Below, piece by piece: positions 38,073 to 47,141 of a stretch of 64,000 nucleotides of DNA (position 1 is its first letter; every line of letters starts with the position of its first letter). Source of the stretch: Candidatus Moraniibacteriota bacterium (GTDB lineage Bacteria; Patescibacteriota; Minisyncoccia; Moranbacterales; UBA1568). Location of the stretch: NCBI GenBank assembly GCA_963743885.1, contig CAVURJ010000002.1, forward strand, positions 433,706 through 497,705. Reading direction: 5' to 3'. A program made the position numbers and the translations under genes. Under the pieces are notes generated by a model. That model made no database searches. It worked only from the letters and a program-made list of their open reading frames with translations, and was not told where the DNA came from.

Positions 38073-39368
38073 ATGACGCAGCAACTTGGTTGGAAGTTCG
38101 TCACGCATCATTGGACTCATTTCGACGAGTACGTCGCAATGGCACTGCTCCGGATGTACGGACCGACCGCCGGCCTCAAGGGCATCATCGCGGCCACAGT
38201 CAACTTCGTCGATGCCGGCAGCGATGCTCCCAGCTATCTCGTTGGGCGCGATTGGGAACAAGAACACATCGTTCCGTTCGGCGTCTGGAAAGACTGGGGC
38301 CCGTTCGACGAGCATCGTGGGGAAAACCAGATCCGACAGCACCAAGAATCAGCTGCGAGTCTGGTGCTCGGATTCCTCAAGAAGCGCATCCCGGATTTCA
38401 ACGATCCACGAGCAGACGCGATTTCCGCGTATGCGACCCAGATCGACCTCATGGGCGGCGCGACGAAGCAGTCGCTTCCGAATATCGTCAAGAACATGAA
38501 CTGGCTCGGCGGTCAGGAACAGACTCTTCAATGGGTACTGGAAGGCATCAATGTCTATCTGAAGCATGGCGACCCATCACAGACGGATTTCAACCTCGAA
38601 ACGATAGGTGCACTCATGTCGCAGAAAGACGGTGCCACGACCAAGTGGCTCCTCCAAGGGCATGAGGCCATCGTGTGGGAGCAAAACACCTTTCAGGCAG
38701 CGATCGAGTCAGTCAAGAACGAGAAACAGCGCCTTCGTCTGGAGCACGTCGGCCGGAAAAACGACTCGACCGTCAAAATTGCCGCCTTCGAAAGCGACAA
38801 TCCCATGATGGCGCGGGCGATGTTGGTCTTCCTTAAGGCTGATGTAGCCATCGTCAAGAAACCGAATGGCCATGTTGCCATACTCAGCAGCGGCAAATCG
38901 CGTATCGACCTTACTGGTCTTGCGCGGATGTTGAACCGGGCTGAGCTTGAGCTCCGCAAGGACCAACGGGTAGCCGAAATGAAATTCGGCGAACTGAGTC
39001 CTGACGGGGCTGTTCCGGGCAGTGTCTGGTCATTCCAACGCAGCGCAAAGAATCAGAGTCTGCTCAATGGTGCGCCATCGGCTCCATCGGTGCATCCGAC
39101 ACAGATCGGATTCAAGCGGATCTTCGAGATAGCCACCCTGGCTCTCGACGAAAAGCGCTTCGCAACACAAGAAGCCGACGGATACGCCTGCAATAGCTGT
39201 GATTCACGCAATAAGCAGGCATGCCCATTCTTCAGCTACGGGCTACCGCGCTGCCAAGACATCCGTGTTGCCAAACGGAATACCAAACAGGGTCACCAGC
39301 ACCCGTCCGGTAATCGCATCATCGACCCGTGCATGGCAAAGCTCAAAGAGCTCCAAGCGGCCGCGTAA
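38073..39368 (+). CDS. MYG1/UPF0160-like metal-dependent hydrolase, tentative, 431 aa
   Basis: N-terminal KFVTHHWTHFDEYVAMALLRMYG resembles the MYG1 THxGxFHxDExxAxALLR motif. C-terminal Cys-rich tail. Confidence 0.3.
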   Translation: MTQQLGWKFVTHHWTHFDEYVAMALLRMYGPTAGLKGIIAATVNFVDAGSDAPSYLVGRDWEQEHIVPFGVWKDWGPFDEHRGENQIRQHQESAASLVLGFLKKRIPDFNDPRADAISAYATQIDLMGGATKQSLPNIVKNMNWLGGQEQTLQWVLEGINVYLKHGDPSQTDFNLETIGALMSQKDGATTKWLLQGHEAIVWEQNTFQAAIESVKNEKQRLRLEHVGRKNDSTVKIAAFESDNPMMARAMLVFLKADVAIVKKPNGHVAILSSGKSRIDLTGLARMLNRAELELRKDQRVAEMKFGELSPDGAVPGSVWSFQRSAKNQSLLNGAPSAPSVHPTQIGFKRIFEIATLALDEKRFATQEADGYACNSCDSRNKQACPFFSYGLPRCQDIRVAKRNTKQGHQHPSGNRIIDPCMAKLKELQAAA

Positions 39369-39398
39369 GTCATTCTGAGATACATCATGTGTCTCAGC

Positions 39399-39440
39399 CG
39401 CGTATCTCTCTCGTATGAGGGGTACGCGGATTTTTTTTGC
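39399..39440 (+). terminator. Terminator CCGCGTA-loop-TACGCGG + T8
   Basis: 7-bp stem followed by ATTTTTTTT, after the stop of 38073-39368. Confidence 0.55.
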
Positions 39441-39503
39441 AAAGAAAAAAGCGCCATCGACAGAATACTATTCTATCGACGGCGCCTATTATACGGAGAC
39501 TTT

Positions 39504-40253
39504 TCATGAAGCCGAGAGCTCGAGATTGCACTGAAGCCCGTCCATCGGCGGACTGTTATGCTTCTCGAGCAGCTCGATTGCCCCTTCGATCTCATGGATA
39601 AGGATGCATTGCTCCTCAGCCCAGAAAAGATAGTGGTCGCGCGTCTCGGCGATCTTGCGGCGACGTTTCTCAAGGCTGCAGGCCCAGAGCGTGATCAAGT
39701 TGTGTAGCCGATCAGCCAGCTTGATGAGAAAGAATCCCCGCGGCGCGAAACGGAAACGCCTGTGATAGATGGCGACGCATTCCTCGTCGGTCTTTCCTGG
39801 AAACTTGTGCTTCGTCAGAAAATCGACAAGCAGCGCTACTTCGTCCCCAAACTCGGCCCTGACCCGTTGAACGGTCCATTCCGGACAATCCTCGACGAGA
39901 TCATGAAGCAAAGCCGCGATGATGAGATTGTGATTCTTCACCCGCAGATGGACGATGAGAATGAGCGCGACGGCACGAAGATGCTCAAAATATCGCTGCC
40001 CTCCCTCGCGCTTGACCTCACGGAACGCGTCCTTGGCAACATTATATGCCCTCTCAATGGCCAGATAGCGCGGATCAAGTACCGGAAAAAAGAGAACGAT
40101 GCGAGCGAAGAATGTCTCACGGTTTTCGCTACCGGACTGCAGAAGAGCGATAAGGCGAGTGAGTATCACGATGTACCTCCCTTTCAGATAGGATTCAACA
40201 AGTTGGTAAGAAACTGAATATTCGAATATATGATAAAACCGACCCTGAGTCAA
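39504..40253 (-). CDS. HD-domain (p)ppGpp hydrolase, RelA/SpoT-type small alarmone hydrolase, ~249 aa
   Basis: HLRAVALIL.., AALLHDLVED and KLADRLHNLITL match the SpoT/Mesh1 HD motifs. The annotated start is a TTG inside a hairpin, so the true N-terminus is uncertain. Confidence 0.65.
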   Translation of the reverse strand: MTQGRFYHIFEYSVSYQLVESYLKGRYIVILTRLIALLQSGSENRETFFARIVLFFPVLDPRYLAIERAYNVAKDAFREVKREGGQRYFEHLRAVALILIVHLRVKNHNLIIAALLHDLVEDCPEWTVQRVRAEFGDEVALLVDFLTKHKFPGKTDEECVAIYHRRFRFAPRGFFLIKLADRLHNLITLWACSLEKRRRKIAETRDHYLFWAEEQCILIHEIEGAIELLEKHNSPPMDGLQCNLELSAS

Positions 40254-40283
40254 GGGTCGGTTTTTGGTCCGAAAAAGCCGTTC

Positions 40284-41204
40284 CTACGCCTTGAGATAGC
40301 GATGGATGGCGATATAGCTCGAGAGAACGCCGAGGCCCATGCCGAGGAGTGCCACGGACGGCAAGACGATCCAGAAGTATCCGAGGTAGAGGCCCATGAA
40401 GTTGCCCTGCGGGACCGCCCCTTCGGTCATCGGCGAGATATAGTACGCAACAACGAAGAGGAGGAGGATCGTGGCGAGCGCCGCCGCGAGGCCGTAGAGG
40501 ATGCCTTCAAAAACAAACGGCATGCGCACATACGTGTTGGACGCACCGACCAGGCGCATGATCTCGAATTCCTGGCGATGCGAGTAAATCGTGATGCGGA
40601 TTGTATTGAAGGTGATGAGGATAGCGATGAAGATGAACGCTGCTCCGAGAATCATGCCCGCCTTCTCCGTCGCAGCGCCGATACGCTCGAGCCGGTCAAA
40701 GATGCGCTTGTTCTTCTGATAGTTGATACGGCTCACGTCGCTCTGAAAATTCGAATTCTCGATACGGTTCACGATGACCTCATAATCCTCTGGACGCACC
40801 GATTTGATGACGACCGAGGCGAGCAGTGGGTTCTCCCCTATCTCGTCGATCGCCTGCGCGATAAGCGGATCATTGCCACTCTCAGCGAGGAAATCCTGAA
40901 GCGCCTGGTCGCGCGAGACATACGTCACAGAAGATATCTCCCTGGTATACTTGGTAAGTTCATCGCGGACGGCGAGGATACGCTCCTCCGGCACATCCGG
41001 ATTGAAGGAGACGCTCACACTCACCTTGTCGCGCATGCCTTCGAGCACAAAATGCGTCGTCGCCCCGAGGAGCGCCGAAAGTGTGACGATGAAGAGCGAG
41101 AGCGAAAGGATAGAGACCGTCGCGAAGGAGAGCCAGCCGTTGCGGCGGAAGTTCTGCCATCCCTCCCTGAAGGTCCTCCAGAGCTTGAGTGTTTTCATAG
41201 GCAT
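40284..41204 (-). CDS. ftsX: Cell division permease FtsX, ~306 aa
   Basis: Four-TM FtsX-like topology with the large periplasmic loop after TM1. Start moved to MPMKTL because the longer N-terminus translates a heptad repeat tract. Confidence 0.8.
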   Translation of the reverse strand: MPMKTLKLWRTFREGWQNFRRNGWLSFATVSILSLSLFIVTLSALLGATTHFVLEGMRDKVSVSVSFNPDVPEERILAVRDELTKYTREISSVTYVSRDQALQDFLAESGNDPLIAQAIDEIGENPLLASVVIKSVRPEDYEVIVNRIENSNFQSDVSRINYQKNKRIFDRLERIGAATEKAGMILGAAFIFIAILITFNTIRITIYSHRQEFEIMRLVGASNTYVRMPFVFEGILYGLAAALATILLLFVVAYYISPMTEGAVPQGNFMGLYLGYFWIVLPSVALLGMGLGVLSSYIAIHRYLKA

Positions 41205-41297
41205 GTATCTAGTATCTTGTATTTTGTATCTAGTATTTTGTATCTGGTATCCACTCCCCTCTCTTGCCTCCTTCGTCTTACCTCTCATCTCTTCCTA

Positions 41298-41999
41298 TCA
41301 GCTGATGATATATTTCCCCTTGCGATCATCATGTGTGATGCGGCCCTGCTCGAGTGCAATGACACGCTTGCCGATCTTGTCGACGATACCCTTGTTATGG
41401 GTCGCAAGGATCACGGTTGTACCAAAGGAATTGATCTCGAGCAGAAGCTTGATGATATCAGCGGTCGAGACGGGATCGAGGTTGCCGGTCGGTTCATCAG
41501 CGATGATTACCTTGGGACGATGGATGAGAGCACGCGCCAAAGAGACACGCTGCTGCTCGCCACCAGAAAGCTGCTTCGGGAACTGATGCATCTTGCTGCC
41601 GAGACCGACGATCTCGAGGATCTCCGGCACTTCAGCCTGAATCTCTTCAGTGCTCTTGCCATCCACCTCGAGCGCATACGCGACATTCTCAAAAGCGGTC
41701 TTCTGCGGCAGCAGCTTGAAATCCTGAAAGACGGTTCCAATCTGACGCCGAAAAAACGGCAAGTGCTTGCGGTTGATCGCGCCGATCGGCCGGCCATTGA
41801 AGTACACCTCGCCGGAGCTCGGAATCTCTTCCGCATAGATAAGCTTGAGCAGCGTCGATTTGCCCACCCCACTATGACCGACGAGCGAGATGAACTCACC
41901 CGGGAAGATGGAAAAATCGATATCCTCGAGCACTTTAATATCTCCAGGGAAGACCTTGGAGACATTTTCGAAACGGATGATGGGGGTATTCTCTGGCAT
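41298..41999 (-). CDS. ftsE: Cell division ATP-binding protein FtsE (ABC ATPase), 233 aa
   Basis: Walker A GHSGVGKST, ABC signature LSGGEQQR, Walker B VIIADEPTGNLD. Confidence 0.9.
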   Translation of the reverse strand: MPENTPIIRFENVSKVFPGDIKVLEDIDFSIFPGEFISLVGHSGVGKSTLLKLIYAEEIPSSGEVYFNGRPIGAINRKHLPFFRRQIGTVFQDFKLLPQKTAFENVAYALEVDGKSTEEIQAEVPEILEIVGLGSKMHQFPKQLSGGEQQRVSLARALIHRPKVIIADEPTGNLDPVSTADIIKLLLEINSFGTTVILATHNKGIVDKIGKRVIALEQGRITHDDRKGKYIIS

Positions 42000-42134
42000 A
42001 AAACAGCTTTTTTCTTTTGTCTTTTAAAAATGTGCGCTTGCGATTCTTACCACGAGTAACGAGTAATCAGTAATGAGCGACTTGGATTCCCTCTTTATTC
42101 CTAGTTACTAGTTACGAATTACCAATTACGCATT

Positions 42135-43217
42135 TTATACATTATTATTTTTACTGAAAAATCGGAGTTCACTTTCGATGAACATGTCGAGGTCGCCATC
42201 GAGCACTCCTTGCGCATTGCTCGTTTCGGCAGCGGTCCGGTGATCCTTGACCATCGTATACGGGTGGAGCACGTAAGAGCGGATCTGATTGCCCCACTCG
42301 GCGCTTTTGACCTCGCCGCGGAGCTTGCGCTTCTCCTCTTCCTGCTCTTCTATCATTTTTTGCACCAGCTTGCTACGGAGCATCTTCATGGCCTCCTCGC
42401 GATTCTGGAGCTGCGAACGTTCACTCTGGCAGGCAGCGACGAGATTGGTCGGGATATGTGTGATACGCACGGCACTCTCAGTCTTGTTCACATTCTGGCC
42501 GCCGGCACCCTGCGAGCGATACGTATCGATACGTAAGTCTTCCGTCTTGATCTCGACGGTCTTATCGTCATCAATGACCGGCATGACCTCTACCGCCGCA
42601 AACGACGTCTGGCGGAGACTGTTCGCATTAAAAGGTGATAGCCGCACCAGCCGATGGATACCGGCCTCGCCGTGCAGGTAGCCGTAGGCATACGCACCGG
42701 AAAGCTCGATCGTTGCGCTCTTGATCCCAGCCTCGCCGCCACGCGACTCATCGAGCACGACGCTCTTCCAGCCGCGACGTTCAGCATAACGGATATACAT
42801 GCGATAGAGCATCTCGGCCCAGTCCTGAGCATCGGCGCCGCCGGCGCCGCTCCGAATAGTGAGGAGCGCGCTCGCATGGTCATACTCCCCGCCCAGGAGG
42901 GCGCGGAATTCCCAATCATCGATCGCTTTCTCGGCCTCGGCATATTCGCGCCCGATATCGGCGAGTGTCGCCTCATCGAGATCATCCATAGCCGCGAATC
43001 CTTCGATATCAGACAAAGATCGATCCAGCCGACCAAAAGAGGCGCGATCAGACTCTATCGACTCGAGTTCCTGCATGATGCGGCCCGCCCGCTTGGGATC
43101 ATCCCAAAATCCGGACTTGCCGCTCTCAGCGCGGAGTTCCTCCGCACGGGCAGTCTTCCCTGGCCAGTCAAAGATAGTCCTGCAGGTGCAGGAGTTTTTG
43201 TCGAAGAACGGCTATCT
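42135..43217 (-). CDS. prfB: Peptide chain release factor 2 with programmed +1 frameshift
   Basis: Short ORF0 MQDKIAVLRQKLLHLQDYL ends at CTT TGA C (plus 43157-43163); the +1 frame continues DWPGKTARAEELRAESGKSGFWDDPKRAGRIMQELESIES... through the GGQ motif (RSQGAGGQNVNKTESAVRITHIPT). Confidence 0.85.
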
Positions 43218-43270
43218 TGTCTTGCATAGCATCCATACGCATTTCAGTATACCATATCTTCCGCTAGGAC

Positions 43271-43303
43271 AAAACAAAAACAGGCTATAAAGCCTGTTTT
43301 TTT
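43271..43303. terminator. Bidirectional terminator CAGGCT-ATAA-AGCCTG with flanking A/T runs
   Basis: 6-bp stem with T7 on the plus side and T-rich sequence on the minus side, between tRNA-Thr and prfB. Confidence 0.55.
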
Positions 43304-43304
43304 C

Positions 43305-43380
43305 TGGAGCCACCTCGCGGGATCGAACCGCGGACCTACACGTTACGAGTGTGTCGCTCTGCCAACTGAGCTAAGGTGGC
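43305..43380 (-). tRNA. tRNA-Thr (anticodon CGT), CCA encoded
   Basis: Minus strand reads GCCACCT-TA-GCTC-AGTTGGCA-GAGC-G-ACACA-CTCGTAA-CGTGT-AGGTC-CGCGG-TTCGATC-CCGCG-AGGTGGC-T-CCA. Confidence 0.85.
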
Positions 43381-43392
43381 TTTTAAATTACC

Positions 43393-43833
43393 TCACGTAA
43401 GAGTACCACGTAACCGCGCCCGATTACTAGGTCTCCGATTCAATCTCCCTCTACCCTTATTCAAAGCAGCAAAAGTCGGAGTGAACGCATCGCAATTCGG
43501 ACATATCAGACGCAAATTGCTTTCTTTGTTATTGGACCAATCACCATCGATATGATCCGCTACCAACGGCACAAGATTTGTCGATGGATTGACCTCCGCC
43601 CATCCACAGAGACAGCATTTATTGCCAAACTTCCGACGTAAATAACGTTTTATATGTTTGGAAACTACTCCTATGTTTCTCAAGCCCGTTATCGTACCCG
43701 ATTTCCAACGCTCAATGAAAATACCATATTGGTATTCCTGTTGGCATGCATTGCTGCAATATTTATACCGAGCCCGCGCAACTTCCTTGCCGCAAACCGG
43801 ACATTCAGGAAGAGCTTTTTTATGTCTTGGCAT
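43393..43833 (-). CDS. HNH endonuclease, 146 aa
   Basis: CPVCGK..., CCLCGW..., LVADHIDGDWSNNKESNLRLICPNCD: an HNH motif with zinc-binding Cys pairs. Confidence 0.65.
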   Translation of the reverse strand: MPRHKKALPECPVCGKEVARARYKYCSNACQQEYQYGIFIERWKSGTITGLRNIGVVSKHIKRYLRRKFGNKCCLCGWAEVNPSTNLVPLVADHIDGDWSNNKESNLRLICPNCDAFTPTFAALNKGRGRLNRRPSNRARLRGTLT

Positions 43834-43958
43834 AACCCTATACTACCAAATTGTCAACCAAAGCGCAACTTGACGATGGTAAGCATCTATTATCAAGCGA
43901 GATAAGCGAAACGGAATTATACTTTCGTTTTTAGAACGTGAACACCCCAACAGGGCGC

Positions 43959-43987
43959 TTGACAAAAATATAAAAAAGGAGTATAAT
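43959..43987 (+). promoter_or_regulatory. Consensus sigma70 promoter TTGACA-17-TATAAT
   Basis: TTGACA at 43959-43964, a 17-nt spacer, TATAAT at 43982-43987; a ~95-nt leader with a GGGGC-AGCC-GCCCC hairpin precedes the ATG at 44088. Confidence 0.6.
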
Positions 43988-44087
43988 TTAAAATCGAGTA
44001 CCTTAAGTCGGGGCAGCCGCCCCTAGCCGCTTTTCCCCCCAACCTATACCCCCTCGAGTCATCTATGGGGTTAAAAAGGAGACGAAA

Positions 44088-44657
44088 ATGTCGGCTACTA
44101 CTATCGTCGTACTGCCCCCTGGCGAACAAGAAGAACTGCGTACCGCTTTCAGGTTTGCACGTGGAAAGAATAAGTTCGGAAAGTGGCAAGGATGCAAACC
44201 GGGAACCGAAGAAAAGGACGAATATGACGACACTGCCGTATACGTCCTCGCCATCAACGAGAGAAAGGAGATCATCTTCGGAGTCCGGGTCATCACCAAG
44301 ACCCAAGAATTGCCGCTTCCAATCGAACGGTATGTTCCAGGAATCAATCCTCCCGTCGACAGCGTCGAATTCTCTCGCGCACTACGGGTCAGGTTCTCAC
44401 CGACGATGGATGCCACACGCATCTACCGACTGCTCTTCAAGATGTACCATACCGCGCCGGAAACGTACGCGAGTATCCACAAAGAATTCAAGGCGAGCCT
44501 TCTCCTCCAGTTCGGCCAATTCATGAGGGTACTTCCGGCCAGGCCGTTCCGCAAAGGCAAGGATGTCTTCGTCCCAGTAGAGTTCCTAGTCGAAGAGGCG
44601 CGACAGGCGCTGTTCTCTGCTAGCAACGAGGAACATCAGATCAGTAGGGCGGCCTGA
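44088..44657 (+). CDS. Hypothetical protein; possible LuxI-like/GNAT-fold N-acyl (amino acid or homoserine lactone) synthase, 189 aa
   Basis: ..EELRTAFRFARGKNKFGKWQGCKPGTEEKDEYDDTAVYVLAINERKEIIFGVRVI.. resembles the LuxI pattern R..VF...LGW....GxE.DxYD....Y.L.....G..R. Weak, by-eye only. Confidence 0.25.
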   Translation: MSATTIVVLPPGEQEELRTAFRFARGKNKFGKWQGCKPGTEEKDEYDDTAVYVLAINERKEIIFGVRVITKTQELPLPIERYVPGINPPVDSVEFSRALRVRFSPTMDATRIYRLLFKMYHTAPETYASIHKEFKASLLLQFGQFMRVLPARPFRKGKDVFVPVEFLVEEARQALFSASNEEHQISRAA

Positions 44658-44749
44658 ACTGCCGACTATGCGGTGCAACACAAGAAAAGCGGACCCTCCA
44701 CGTGAGGCATCCGCTTTTTTCTTTTTTACCAAAAATCGGCGATAGAAGT

Positions 44750-45811
44750 CTACTTCATCAGCTCCTCCTCGATAGCTATCTTGAGGTCTTGGGCGCTCAT
44801 GACACCGCCGAAGAACCGACCGTTCACGAAGATACCAGGAGTGCCACCCACGGCATATTTCTCGGCCTCGGCCATATCGGCATCGATCTGACCCTGATAG
44901 CGCTTCTCATCAAGACACTTCGAGAAAGCGCGGCCGTCAAGACGCAGGTACCAGGCATAATCCTTGAAACGCTGCGTATCAGTCCGCTTGCTCCACTCAT
45001 CCTGCTTTCGGAAGAGGTGATCGGCATACGTCTGGAATTTCCCCTGCTCGTGCGCGCATGAAGCGGCGAGCGCAGCTGGCTCGGCCTGACGATGGATCGA
45101 GGTGAGCGGAAGATGCTTGTAGATGAAGAGTACGCGACCCTCATACTCCTTGAGCACCCTGGAAAGCTCCGGCTGGAATGTCTTGCAGTACGGGCACTGA
45201 AAATCGGAAAATTCGACCACGCGCACCTTCGCGTCCTTCGGTCCGATCGTGATGGAGTCATCACGCGCCTCCGGCAGCTCGAGGTACTTACCGACCGGCA
45301 AGCCGATCGCGCTCATATCGAAGAAATATCGACCGTTCACCGGACGGAAGAGACTGCCCGCCTGCGTAAAGAAATCAGTCCGCTCAATATCATCGGAAAA
45401 AACGAACGCTGGCAGCGCGGCGATATCAAAACGCTCGATGAGTGCCTTCCCCTCCGCTGATCCGGCCGCCACCTCGGTCGCCTCAATAGTCGGAGCGACG
45501 CGACGCAGCCACACGAGCGCTTCGGAATAGTCGCATTCGACGCACTCACGATCAGTGACGACTTCGACCGAGACCTTCGGATCAGCATACGCAACCCAAG
45601 TCTTACCCTCAGCCTCGAGCAGATTGTGCGTGCGAATCGCACGACCAGAAAACCCCTTACCCGTAGCGAGCTGGACGAAATCAACGAAGAGACTGCCAAT
45701 GAAGAGTCCGGCAAGCACGATGCCAAGCGCGACGAGATTCTGCACCTTTCGCTTATCACTGTCCGCCTTCCCGATGATGATCTGTTCCATGTCCGACATA
45801 TCGCCTACCAT
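44750..45811 (-). CDS. DsbA-like thiol:disulfide oxidoreductase with N-terminal TM anchor, 353 aa
   Basis: Thioredoxin fold with FSDFQCPYCK (CxxC) plus a second degenerate Trx-like region (CVEC). Confidence 0.7.
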   Translation of the reverse strand: MVGDMSDMEQIIIGKADSDKRKVQNLVALGIVLAGLFIGSLFVDFVQLATGKGFSGRAIRTHNLLEAEGKTWVAYADPKVSVEVVTDRECVECDYSEALVWLRRVAPTIEATEVAAGSAEGKALIERFDIAALPAFVFSDDIERTDFFTQAGSLFRPVNGRYFFDMSAIGLPVGKYLELPEARDDSITIGPKDAKVRVVEFSDFQCPYCKTFQPELSRVLKEYEGRVLFIYKHLPLTSIHRQAEPAALAASCAHEQGKFQTYADHLFRKQDEWSKRTDTQRFKDYAWYLRLDGRAFSKCLDEKRYQGQIDADMAEAEKYAVGGTPGIFVNGRFFGGVMSAQDLKIAIEEELMK

Positions 45812-45827
45812 TAATCATTTATCCGTA

Positions 45828-46193
45828 TCACTTCGAACACGATGCGCCCGCCGCCTGATCCGCGACCGGCATCGATCCGCCCTTCCGGATCATCTCCTTC
45901 TGGAGCGCATCGATATCGATGAGCGCCGCTGCTGGCTTGAGCCGATAATCCTCATACCCGATCGTGAAGGTATCCGATGCCACGACCTTGAGCCCCGCCC
46001 CGAGGACAATTGCTAGGACGAGCAAGACAACACCATCACGCATAGTGTATTCCCGCTTCGTGAGACCAGCTGAAGCGTCCTTGAGACGCTTCCAGACAGC
46101 CACGGCCCGAAAGAGCCATTCTGTGGCGCATGCCCTCACCTTTCCCTTCATGATTTCGAGATCCATAGGCAGTTTCGTATATCCGGATACCAT
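45828..46193 (-). CDS. Small membrane protein, ~122 aa
   Basis: GGAAGG RBS 6 nt before the ATG at 46193. One TM helix. Confidence 0.35.
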   Translation of the reverse strand: MVSGYTKLPMDLEIMKGKVRACATEWLFRAVAVWKRLKDASAGLTKREYTMRDGVVLLVLAIVLGAGLKVVASDTFTIGYEDYRLKPAAALIDIDALQKEMIRKGGSMPVADQAAGASCSK

Positions 46194-46258
46194 ATCACAC
46201 CTTCCGGCCTGGCGGCAAGGGATAAGAAAAAGAGCCCCAGAAAGGGCTCCACAGATAC

Positions 46259-46627
46259 TCACAGTTTCTCCAGATCATCGAGGACATCGTCTAGGTCATC
46301 GATACTCCTCGACCCCAGGCCGTCGGCCTTGCACGATGGGTCATCGAGCGCGGTACGCACATCCTCCGCAACGGAAATAGGTTTCACACCGCGCATGATA
46401 TTGTCATTGACCGCGATATTGGGTCCGTCCTCGCAACAGCCGAAGCACTTCCGCACCGACAAGACAACAGCCTCTTCTGGAGCGAAGCTGCCCTTGAGAA
46501 CACGAAAAACATCCTCGCCTCCGCGAGCAGAGCACTTCTTGCCGAGACAAACTTTGATGGTCGCTCGTCTAGCAACCTGGTGCGGATCATGCAGATGAGC
46601 CCGTAACGCCGAAATATCATGCCACAT
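46259..46627 (-). CDS. Thioredoxin-like [2Fe-2S] ferredoxin (NuoE-like) domain protein, ~122 aa
   Basis: CLGKKCSARGGEDV...VRKCFGCCEDGPNIAVND: a four-Cys pattern of Trx-like 2Fe-2S ferredoxins. Confidence 0.45.
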   Translation of the reverse strand: MWHDISALRAHLHDPHQVARRATIKVCLGKKCSARGGEDVFRVLKGSFAPEEAVVLSVRKCFGCCEDGPNIAVNDNIMRGVKPISVAEDVRTALDDPSCKADGLGSRSIDDLDDVLDDLEKL

Positions 46628-46745
46628 AAAAAATACCTTACTACAATACGAGGACACCAACTTTTGACACGACCACTATTTCGTGGTATCACAAAATATG
46701 CTTTTTAACAACATCCATCAGGCAAAGAAAAGGAGGGTTGCACCA

Positions 46746-47078
46746 ATGACGAAAGAATCCTGGCTGTATCGCATGATAGGCGATATATTGCGGCATTTCA
46801 ATCTGATTACACTCAGCTATGAGGAGGCTATCCTTCGCCTGCTCAGACCGCCATCTGACAATGGTCCATTTTGGCGGGAAGAAGAAGTGATCGTGGATCA
46901 GACGCAACGACTTCTCAGAATCGAAAGGAAAGATATCCTGGTCATACTCAATCGCCTCGCACTGGAAGGAATGATTGAATCAAAAACACAGATTCACAAC
47001 GAAGGAGACTACCGCAGCCGTCTCTATGCTGTCCCGCACAAACACCATCGCTACAACCATACCAGAAACAGGACTTGA
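46746..47078 (+). CDS. Hypothetical winged-helix-like protein, ~110 aa
   Basis: AAGGAGG RBS 9 nt upstream of the ATG at 46746. ..ILVILNRLALEGMIESK.. is wHTH-like. Confidence 0.4.
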   Translation: MTKESWLYRMIGDILRHFNLITLSYEEAILRLLRPPSDNGPFWREEEVIVDQTQRLLRIERKDILVILNRLALEGMIESKTQIHNEGDYRSRLYAVPHKHHRYNHTRNRT

Positions 47079-47141
47079 TACTATCGTCCAAAGAGGAGCA
47101 TGATCACATCTCCTCTTTTTTCATGCGTCTACCTGATCCCG

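Noticed and set aside
40241-40265. Treating the TTG at 40253 as the true SpoT-like hydrolase start
   Set aside because: That codon lies inside the GACCCT...AGGGTC terminator hairpin downstream of ftsX. The HD domain starts ~60 residues later, so the real start is probably an internal near-cognate codon. I could not pin it.
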